A DNA stretch of 64,000 nt from Cytophagales bacterium (GTDB taxonomy: Bacteria; Bacteroidota; Bacteroidia; Cytophagales; Spirosomataceae). Position numbers and translations under genes: made by a program. The DNA is taken from NCBI GenBank assembly GCA_038327655.1, contig JBBQLG010000004.1, positions 32,302 to 96,301 on the forward strand, written 5' to 3'. Below are positions 56,973 to 64,000 of this stretch, in pieces. Numbering within the stretch: the first letter of the stretch is position 1; each line of letters starts with the position of its first letter. The notes under the pieces were generated by a model. The model ran no database searches. It saw nothing but the letters and a program-made list of their open reading frames with translations, and was not told the DNA's origin.

Positions 56973-59900
56973 ATGGCCGAACGCATCAGCTACGGTAAAA
57001 CCTGGTGGGGACAGCAATGGCTCAACGCCCTGACGAGTATTGACGAGGGGAACCGCCTGCCGCGCGGCAAAACCTACGCCAACAAAGGAGCCGTTCAGGG
57101 GCTGAAAATCGACGGGAACGAGATCAGCGCCTTAGTGAAAGGCACCAAACCCCGCCCCTACCGGACTAAATTATCGGTACCGCTCTTCACCCCCGAGGAA
57201 AAGGCAGCACTGCTGACCGAAATCCGCGACAACCCGGCCACATTAGCCCAGCTTCTGAACCGACAGCTCCCGCCCGAACTAATCGACTTCGCCACCAAGC
57301 AGGGCATTCAACTGTTTCCCCGCACGTTCGAGGATTTGACGATGGGCTGCTCCTGCCCGGATTATGCCATTCCGTGCAAACACCTCGCGGCCGTCATTTA
57401 CGTCATCGCCAATGAGATCGACCGGAATCCGTTTCTGGTTTTTCAGCTAAAAGGGCTGGACATCCTGACGGAACTACAGAAGGATCAGGCCGAAAACGTT
57501 GCCGGAACAATGGGCAGTGTTTTATCCCTGCGCGACATTTGTACCGACGACCTGCCCGACGACGAGAACTGGGAACCGAGCGAAAAAGCCCGCGCCCGGC
57601 TCGATTTCGCCATTATTCCGCCGTTGGCCGATTCCCTGCTGGGCCTGCTGGCACCGGAGGTTACCTTCACCAAGGGCGACTTTCATAAATCACTTAGCAA
57701 AGCCTACACCCTGTTCGGTAAGCCGATCGAGAGCAAGCCCATTTCGATTCGGAACGGGCAAGCGGCCAAACCCACCGCCGACCCGAATGCCCGAACCACA
57801 CCGGACTTAAGCGATAGCATCGAACTGCAACTCGATGAGTTGATGGCGTTTCGGCGCATCAATGTCTTCAGCGAACACGGCGAACAACGGTCACTCGCCG
57901 ATTTTGAGATGAGCGAACTGACCGACTGGCTGGCTACCCTCACCGAAGCCGACTGGCCCGAAATGAGCGACTCGGTCCGGGCGCTGTACCTCACGCGGCA
58001 ATTTTCGGCGGTCCTGCTCCGGCGCGGTGCGGTGGTGCCGCAACTCCTGCGCGTTGGTCCCGCCGAAGAGCAATACCGGATGCGGTGGCTCCCGGCAACC
58101 CTGAACGACGCCGTTCGGCAGCAAACCGAAATCATTGCCACGCAACTCCCGCCCACGCTGCTGACCCTGCGCTGGCAAAAAGATATTCTGGCGTTTCCCG
58201 GTGAGCAGCAGGTGCTCATGCTGTGTTCGCTGTTCATGCGCCGAACCATCAAACCAACGACCATTGAACTCTGGGAACGGTGGCCGCTGGAAGATGCCGA
58301 CCGGCTGTTTTTTGGCGTCGAGACGCTGCGTTTCGAGGGGTTCGGCAAGAAGGAAATGCCGCTGGCCATGCAACTCTGGCTCAACGATTTTTTCCTGACC
58401 CACAAACGGTTCGTGCCGATTCTGGCCGTCGAAGACTCTGAACTGGGCGATGAGTTTCGTGTCAGTCTGCTCATCCGCGACCGCGAAGCCGATGCGCCTG
58501 CCCCAACTCCCGAACCGGCGAAGAAAACAACCAAAACAACCAAGAAAGCGGCTCCGTCCGTAACCGCAACGCCTGCTGCACCCATTCCGTTGCCGGAAAT
58601 CCTGAAAGAGAAGAAACACGCGGGCATTCGAATGGCCGTTTTGCAGGATTTGCTGGTCCTGTCGCGGCACTTCCCGGACCTGGCCAATCTGACCCGGTCA
58701 GACGGTGCGGCTCATCTGTTTTACAAGCCCGAAGCCTTCGTGAAAGTCCTGCTCGAAACCCTGCCCCGGATGCAGTTGCTGGGCATTGCGCTCTGGTTAC
58801 CAAAATCGTTGCAACACTGGGTCCGGCCGCAGGTGGGTGGCCGGTTGAAAGCGAAAGTCACGGCGAAAAACGCGTTTATGAAGTTAGACGACATGCTTTC
58901 GTTCGACTGGCAGGTGGCTTTGGGCGACGAGATGGTGAGCGTTCGGGAGTTTCAGAAATTGGTGAACAATACAACCGGATTGGTCAAAATTAAAGATCAG
59001 TACGTCCTGATTGACCCTAATGACCTGACCAAACTCTACCGGCAACTCGAAAATCCGCCCGAACTGACCGGCACGGCCCTGCTCAAAGCCGCGCTGACGG
59101 AAGAATACAACGGCGGGCGACTGGGCATCGCCCCGGAGGTGCGGCAACTCATCCAGCAGTTTACCGACAGCCCCGCCCAAACCCTGCCCGACGACCTCCA
59201 CGCTACCCTCCGCCCCTATCAGCAGCGGGGTTACGACTGGCTCATCAAAAACACAGCCCTTGGCATGGGTAGTCTGCTGGCCGATGACATGGGGCTGGGT
59301 AAAACGGTACAGGTGATTGCGTTGCTGTTGAAATTCAAGCAGGAAGGGCGATTCGCCAGGCAAAAAGGATTGGTCGTACTACCCACAACGCTGCTCACCA
59401 ACTGGCAGAAAGAGATTGCCCGGTTCGCGCCTGACTTGCAGGCGCGGGTGTACCACGGCCCGAACCGCAAACTGCCGGGCAACGCTTCGCCGGATGGCGA
59501 TGGCTACGACCTGCTTCTGACGACGTATGGCGTGGTGCGCTCCGACCTGGAAACGCTGAAGAAAATCACCTGGGCGGTGGTCATCATCGACGAAGCGCAG
59601 AACATCAAAAACAGCGATACCGAACAGACCAAAGCCGTTAAAGCCCTGAAATCGCCCATCCGAATTGCCCTCAGCGGTACGCCCGTCGAAAACCGGCTGT
59701 CGGAGTTCTGGAGCATCATGGATTTCGTGAACAAGGGGTACCTTGGCGGACTGAGCAAATTCAACGAGGAGTTTGGCAAGCCCATTCAGCAAGAACGCGA
59801 CCAGCAGAAACTCGATCAATTCAAACGCGTGACGAGTCCGTTTCTGCTCCGGCGCGTGAAGACCGATAAAACCATCATCAGCGACCTGCCCGACAAAATC

Positions 59901-60620
59901 GAGAACAACCAGTTTTGTGCTCTTACTACCGAGCAGGCGGCTCTGTATGAAAGTGTAGTCAGCGAAAGCATCCGGGCCATCGAAGACAAGGACGGCATTG
60001 CCCGGCGCGGGCTGGTGCTAAAGCTGATGACGGCCCTGAAGCAAATCGGCAATCACCCGCATCAGTACCTCAAAGGCGGCAGCGAAAACCCGGCGTTGTC
60101 GGGCAAAGCGACGCTGCTGCTCAACCTGCTCGAAAACATTTACGCCAGCCACGAGAAGGTGCTGATCTTCACCCAGTACCGTGAAATGGGCGAGTTGCTG
60201 CAAACGTTCATTCAACAGGCGTTTGGCAACCCGCCCCTGTTTCTGCACGGTGGCACGTCCCGTCCCGAACGTGACCGGATGGTGGAGCAATTTCAGAATA
60301 ACCGCTCCGACCACACCTTTATTCTGTCGCTCAAAGCCGGCGGCACGGGCCTGAACCTGACGCAGGCCAACCACGTTATTCACTACGATCTGTGGTGGAA
60401 TCCGGCCGTCGAGAATCAGGCCACCGACCGGGCATTCCGCATTGGGCAAACCAAAAACGTGCTGGTATACCGCCTGATGAATCAGGGTACGCTGGAAGAA
60501 AAAATCGACGCCATGATCCGTAGCAAAAAAGAACTCGCCGACCTCAGCGTCAAAACCGGCGAAACCTGGCTCGGTGATTTAAGCGATGATGAATTGAAGG
60601 AGTTGGTGAGTCTGGGATAG
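56973..60620 (+). CDS. SNF2-family helicase with N-terminal SWIM zinc finger and SNF2-associated middle region
   Basis: SWIM CxCx(n)CxH (GCSCPDYAIPCKHLAAVIYV). Pro/Thr/Lys-rich linker. SNF2 motifs LADDMGLGKT, DEAQNIKN, LSGTPVENRL and helicase-C region (LFLHGGTS...LSLKAGGTGLNLT...QATDRAFRIGQ). 1215 aa. Confidence 0.85.
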   Translation: MAERISYGKTWWGQQWLNALTSIDEGNRLPRGKTYANKGAVQGLKIDGNEISALVKGTKPRPYRTKLSVPLFTPEEKAALLTEIRDNPATLAQLLNRQLPPELIDFATKQGIQLFPRTFEDLTMGCSCPDYAIPCKHLAAVIYVIANEIDRNPFLVFQLKGLDILTELQKDQAENVAGTMGSVLSLRDICTDDLPDDENWEPSEKARARLDFAIIPPLADSLLGLLAPEVTFTKGDFHKSLSKAYTLFGKPIESKPISIRNGQAAKPTADPNARTTPDLSDSIELQLDELMAFRRINVFSEHGEQRSLADFEMSELTDWLATLTEADWPEMSDSVRALYLTRQFSAVLLRRGAVVPQLLRVGPAEEQYRMRWLPATLNDAVRQQTEIIATQLPPTLLTLRWQKDILAFPGEQQVLMLCSLFMRRTIKPTTIELWERWPLEDADRLFFGVETLRFEGFGKKEMPLAMQLWLNDFFLTHKRFVPILAVEDSELGDEFRVSLLIRDREADAPAPTPEPAKKTTKTTKKAAPSVTATPAAPIPLPEILKEKKHAGIRMAVLQDLLVLSRHFPDLANLTRSDGAAHLFYKPEAFVKVLLETLPRMQLLGIALWLPKSLQHWVRPQVGGRLKAKVTAKNAFMKLDDMLSFDWQVALGDEMVSVREFQKLVNNTTGLVKIKDQYVLIDPNDLTKLYRQLENPPELTGTALLKAALTEEYNGGRLGIAPEVRQLIQQFTDSPAQTLPDDLHATLRPYQQRGYDWLIKNTALGMGSLLADDMGLGKTVQVIALLLKFKQEGRFARQKGLVVLPTTLLTNWQKEIARFAPDLQARVYHGPNRKLPGNASPDGDGYDLLLTTYGVVRSDLETLKKITWAVVIIDEAQNIKNSDTEQTKAVKALKSPIRIALSGTPVENRLSEFWSIMDFVNKGYLGGLSKFNEEFGKPIQQERDQQKLDQFKRVTSPFLLRRVKTDKTIISDLPDKIENNQFCALTTEQAALYESVVSESIRAIEDKDGIARRGLVLKLMTALKQIGNHPHQYLKGGSENPALSGKATLLLNLLENIYASHEKVLIFTQYREMGELLQTFIQQAFGNPPLFLHGGTSRPERDRMVEQFQNNRSDHTFILSLKAGGTGLNLTQANHVIHYDLWWNPAVENQATDRAFRIGQTKNVLVYRLMNQGTLEEKIDAMIRSKKELADLSVKTGETWLGDLSDDELKELVSLG

Positions 60621-60667
60621 TTGTGCAGGCAGTAGGATCGAACTAAATTAGTAAAAAATGCAAGACC

Positions 60668-60877
60668 ATGACGGAGATCATTTTTGTCGTTCACGAAGCG
60701 GAAGAAGGCGGTTACTACGCGAAGTCGGAAGGTCCCGCCATTTTTGCGGAAGGCGATACGGTAGACGAACTGAAAGCGAATATCAAAGGGGGCGTTGAAT
60801 GCTACTATGAGAACAGTACGGATATGCCCAAGCTGGCGCATCTACATTTCGTTAAAGATGAGGTTTTTGCGCTTTAG
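60668..60877 (+). CDS. hicB: HicB-like antitoxin (type II TA, UPF0150/HicB family)
   Basis: 69 aa (IIFVVHEAEEGGYYAKSEGPAIFAEGDTVDELKANIKGGVECYYEN). HicB N-terminal fold pattern. Lower GC than flanks. Confidence 0.55.
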   Translation: MTEIIFVVHEAEEGGYYAKSEGPAIFAEGDTVDELKANIKGGVECYYENSTDMPKLAHLHFVKDEVFAL

Positions 60878-60880
60878 TCG

Positions 60881-61104
60881 ATGAAAATCCCGCGCGATGT
60901 AAGGCCTTGACGGTATATGGCTACGAAGTCGTTAAACAAAATGGTAGTCATATTAAAGTGACGACGGAGCAGAACGGACAGCACCACCTTGCCATTCCCA
61001 ATCACAACCCAATTAAGATCGGGACATTGACCGGAATCCTGTCGGAGGTAGCCAAACACTTCGGCATTTCCAAAGAAGAGGTAGTGCAGACACTGTTTAG
61101 ATAA
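60881..61104 (+). CDS. hicA: HicA family mRNA interferase toxin, apparently frameshifted near the 5-prime end
   Basis: The TTG-initiated frame (60907-61104) encodes ...YGYEVVKQNGSHIKVTTEQNGQHHLAIPNHNPIKIGTLTGILSEVAKHFGI, matching the HicA pattern GSH...P.H...I..GTL..IL. A 9-codon ATG ORF (MKIPRDVRP*, 60881-60910) sits in the +1 frame. Joining the two across the (CG)3 tract at 60892-60897 gives a full-length HicA-like N-terminus. Confidence 0.55.
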
Positions 61105-61131
61105 GTTTGCTCCGATTCAACACCCTGTTTT

Positions 61132-61740
61132 ATGCTCATGATTACCTTTCAGGACTTACGGGACCGCTTTGGTGTACAGGTTGAGACGGAGGCATTTCTG
61201 CCAATCATTAAGCCGTTGACACTCCCCAATTGGTTGAATAGCTATTTAGCCGTCAACCAGTTATCACCCGCGTTGGCAAAGTCGGAGAAGGCCGTTTCCG
61301 AAATGCTGATTGCACCAGTCCTCTCGGCTGTGAAAGAAAATAATGCCGATAAAATCTCGCTGTTTTCGGGTGAGCCGCTGACCATGCCGGGCGAGTTATC
61401 GGGTGTATGCGATTTCATTATTGCCTCGAATCCGAAAGCGTATTTGCCCGAACCACCCATCATTGTCTTGGTAGAGGCCAAAAAACAGGATTTGTACGGG
61501 GGTATCCCACAGTGTATCGCCGAAATGCTGACCGCCCGGAGTATCAACGACCGGGCAGGCATTCAGTACGACGCTGTTTTTGGCTGTGTCACAACCGGCA
61601 ACGAGTGGCTGTTTCTCAAACTGTCGGGCAACCGGGCCGTCACCGATCCGACGATTCTGTATTATCCTGAGTTAGATAAGGTCCTGGGCGTATTTCAATG
61701 GCTCATCGAACAGTTCACGCCGACAGGCTTTCCGAAGTGA
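61132..61740 (+). CDS. PD-(D/E)xK nuclease-fold protein (HsdR N-terminal-domain-like)
   Basis: GVCDFIIAS ... PIIVLVEAKKQD reproduces the D ... (E)xK catalytic arrangement of restriction-endonuclease-like folds. 202 aa. Confidence 0.5.
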   Translation: MLMITFQDLRDRFGVQVETEAFLPIIKPLTLPNWLNSYLAVNQLSPALAKSEKAVSEMLIAPVLSAVKENNADKISLFSGEPLTMPGELSGVCDFIIASNPKAYLPEPPIIVLVEAKKQDLYGGIPQCIAEMLTARSINDRAGIQYDAVFGCVTTGNEWLFLKLSGNRAVTDPTILYYPELDKVLGVFQWLIEQFTPTGFPK

Positions 61741-61787
61741 CCAGATTGACGCAATAGCTGCGCTCAAACTGCTTTATAAAGTCGCGC

Positions 61788-62435
61788 TCAAAACGCCACG
61801 GCCAGCAGGCCCGGTCCAGCGAGCTGACATAAAATCTGGACGGTTTCATCGTGGCCCGGCAGGCGAACGTGGCCCGTCAGCCGGGTATCGCCATCGGCAA
61901 AGGGGTCAATCAGCAGGTGTTCGCGGAAGGTGAGCTGCCGTTTTCCGTAGAGTTTATACAGGCTTTCTTTGGCACACCAGTACATGGCCAGCCGCATCAG
62001 GTCGCCGTTGGCATGAGCAATTTCGGCGTCAGACAGTACCCGGGGCACCACCCGGCCAAACTGCGCCCGCAACGGCTCAATATCAATACCAACCGGCTTC
62101 GATTTATGCCAGACGGCAGCCGCCCAGCCGCCCGTGTGCGACAGCGAAACATAGCCCGTAACAGGGGAATTTGGCGACGGTACTGAGCGAATCAGGTGCG
62201 GCTTTCCGAATTCATCTTTTTGCAAACCGGCATAATCGGTCCCCACCAACGCCCGAATGGCCACCCGACATGCCAGCCACTCCACCCGCTGCGTTAGATG
62301 CGTAATGCCCGCTAAGTCAGCCGCTTCGTCAGTCGTTAAAGGCAGATCGGCATACAGGGATGGTTCGTCTTCGGTGATGCGCCATAGTACAGCGGTGCAG
62401 TCATCGTTGAGGGATATGAGCGTTTGCAGGGGCAT
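61788..62435 (-). CDS. 4-prime-phosphopantetheinyl transferase (Sfp/EntD-type)
   Basis: GIDIEPL and WCAKESLYKLYG motifs. 215 aa. Confidence 0.75.
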   Translation of the reverse strand: MPLQTLISLNDDCTAVLWRITEDEPSLYADLPLTTDEAADLAGITHLTQRVEWLACRVAIRALVGTDYAGLQKDEFGKPHLIRSVPSPNSPVTGYVSLSHTGGWAAAVWHKSKPVGIDIEPLRAQFGRVVPRVLSDAEIAHANGDLMRLAMYWCAKESLYKLYGKRQLTFREHLLIDPFADGDTRLTGHVRLPGHDETVQILCQLAGPGLLAVAF

Positions 62436-62550
62436 TTACCTTACTTTTGGGCGAAATTAGTCCGTAACGCGGTAAGTTACCAAGTTAGTGAGTGCTTCGC
62501 TTCGGAGCGCCTACCCATTTAATAACTTGCCGACTTACCAACTCTACCCC

Positions 62551-63453
62551 ATGCAGGTTCACAAACGCGATACGTTCGGCGGCCACCGCGACGGGGTTTA
62601 CGCCCTCGAAGCGGGTCCTGAACCAACCCTGTTTTTTTCCGCCGGTGCCGACGGGCAGGTTGTGCGCTGGCGACTGGACCAGCCCGACCTCGGCGAACTG
62701 ATTGCCCGCGTACCGGCTTCGGTTTATGCACTGGCGTTCGACCCGGCTACGGGGCTGCTCTGGGCCGGACAAAATTACGAGGGCCTGCACCTGATCGACC
62801 CCGCAACCAAAACCGAAACCCAATCGCTGAAATTGACTACGGCGGCTGTCTTTGATATTAAGCTTTACAAACAAACAGCGTTCGTTGCCCTCGGCGATGG
62901 CGTTGTGATTGTGCTGGATACCAATCCGTTAGCCATTCGGAAACACCTGAAAGCCAGCGATCAATCGGCGCGGTGCATTGCTATTAACCCGGTTGAACGG
63001 GAGTTTTGCGTGGGCTACAGCGATAACAACATTCGCATTTTCGACCTGGAAACCTACGCCCTGAAACGAGTGTTACCAGCCCATTTGAACTCCGTTTTTA
63101 CGGCTCATTACACGCCCGACTTCCGCCACCTCGTTACCGGCGGGCGTGATGCTCACCTGAAAGTGTGGGATGTAGAACGGAATTACGCGCTTCAGCACGA
63201 CATTGTAGCGCACCTGTTCACCATCAATCACATCGCTTTCAGCCCCGACGGTCGCTGGCTGGCAACGGCCAGTATGGACAAGGCCATCAAGATTTGGGAT
63301 GCCGATACGTTCCGATTGCTGAAGGTAGTAGACCGCGCCCGACATGCCGGGCATGGCACGTCGGTAAACCGATTGCTGTGGACAAACTACGAACACCAAC
63401 TGCTTTCGGCGAGCGATGACCGGACAATTTCGATCTGGCAACTGACCGAATAG
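62551..63453 (+). CDS. WD40-repeat protein
   Basis: Start MQVHKRDTFGGHRDGVYAL. Repeated GH...WD/WR units (VVRWRL, IRIFDL, LKVWDV, IKIWDA, ISIWQL). Confidence 0.75.
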   Translation: MQVHKRDTFGGHRDGVYALEAGPEPTLFFSAGADGQVVRWRLDQPDLGELIARVPASVYALAFDPATGLLWAGQNYEGLHLIDPATKTETQSLKLTTAAVFDIKLYKQTAFVALGDGVVIVLDTNPLAIRKHLKASDQSARCIAINPVEREFCVGYSDNNIRIFDLETYALKRVLPAHLNSVFTAHYTPDFRHLVTGGRDAHLKVWDVERNYALQHDIVAHLFTINHIAFSPDGRWLATASMDKAIKIWDADTFRLLKVVDRARHAGHGTSVNRLLWTNYEHQLLSASDDRTISIWQLTE

Positions 63454-63579
63454 ACAGTTTTAGGCCCGAAATTTGCCTGTAACCCATAAAATCTTACTAA
63501 TTTGTCCTTGATTCTAATCTAAGTCTATCGTTATCCTGACACTGTCGGCCAAACCTACCCCATAACCTACGGGCACCTA

Positions 63580-64000
63580 TGAAAATTACTCCCATCGAAA
63601 TTCGGCAGCATACCTTCGAAAAAGCAATGCGCGGCTACCGTCCCGACGAGGTCGATGCCTTTTTATCGTCACTCTCGCAGGAGTGGGAACGCGTCGTGGG
63701 CGATCAGAAAATGCTGCGCATGCAACTCGAACTGGCCGAAAAAGAACTGAATAAACTCCGTGAAGTCGAGATGACCCTGTTTCGGACGCTCAAAACGGCC
63801 GAAGATACCAGCAGTCAGATTGCTGAACAGGCCAGAGTAGCCGGCGAACAGCACGTTGGCGATGCCCGGCAAAAGGCCGACGACATGCTGGCCGATGCCC
63901 GCAAGCGGTCAGCGGTGATGGTACAGGATGCCGAAAATCAGGCCCGTTTCATCAAAGACAATATCATCAACGACCTCAAATCGACCGAACACGATCTGAA
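63580..64000 (+). CDS. DivIVA domain-containing protein (5-prime part; continues beyond the window)
   Basis: MKITPIEIRQHTFEKAMRGYRPDEVDAFL is the canonical DivIVA N-terminus, followed by coiled coil. Confidence 0.75.

Noticed and set aside
57485-60052. Long antisense ORFs (e.g. 57704-58687, 57891-58670, 59379-59819) within the SNF2 helicase gene.
   Set aside because: Ser/Arg-rich nonsense translations antisense to a gene with unambiguous SNF2 motifs.

Overview
This 64-kb window looks like a high-GC (about 55-60%) Bacteroidota chromosome segment (Cytophagia/Spirosoma-like), densely coding on both strands. Gene calls are based on motif recognition in the translated ORFs, not database searches.

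Housekeeping genes I recognise: radA, pheS, xseA/xseB, clpB, bioB, rfbA/rfbB/galE, a MarR-controlled TolC-HlyD-MFS efflux operon, and a partial DivIVA gene at the window end.

Accessory content worth a second look:
- A solo IS200-like Y1 (HuH) transposase is followed immediately by four regularly spaced ~25-bp repeats, which fits a REP-associated tyrosine transposase (RAYT) with its REP cluster.
- Four type II toxin-antitoxin modules sit in low-GC patches: two RelE/ParE pairs, a VapB-like gene with a truncated VapC remnant, and a HicB/HicA pair whose hicA appears frameshifted at a (CG)3 tract and is followed by a small PD-(D/E)xK nuclease-fold protein.
- An extended RtcB RNA ligase sits downstream of a soluble SPFH/band-7 protein. 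Across a 600-bp non-coding gap lies a divergent WYL-domain regulator, and the gap contains a tRNA-like element (perfect T-arm, D-loop-like GUUGGUUA, no anticodon arm).
- A 1275-aa secreted protein fuses ThuA, a dehydrogenase-like propeller, HEAT repeats and an azurin-type cupredoxin. It sits beside a Gfo/Idh/MocA oxidoreductase, a xylose-isomerase-like TIM-barrel enzyme and an AraC regulator.
- Other items: a soluble diiron acyl-ACP desaturase, tandem stand-alone LytTR regulators, a histone-H1-like K/A-rich protein, and an SDR fused to a transmembrane segment plus a repeat tail.
- Structural DNA features: three 29-31-bp perfect hairpins at convergent gene junctions, and a family of intercistronic palindromes built from TGAYTGAAT and GTTTGTGGTT units.

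I could not identify a canonical defence system (no cas, R-M or Zorya-type gene sets). The RAYT/REP unit and the RtcB-SPFH-tRNA-like-WYL module are the most unusual loci.
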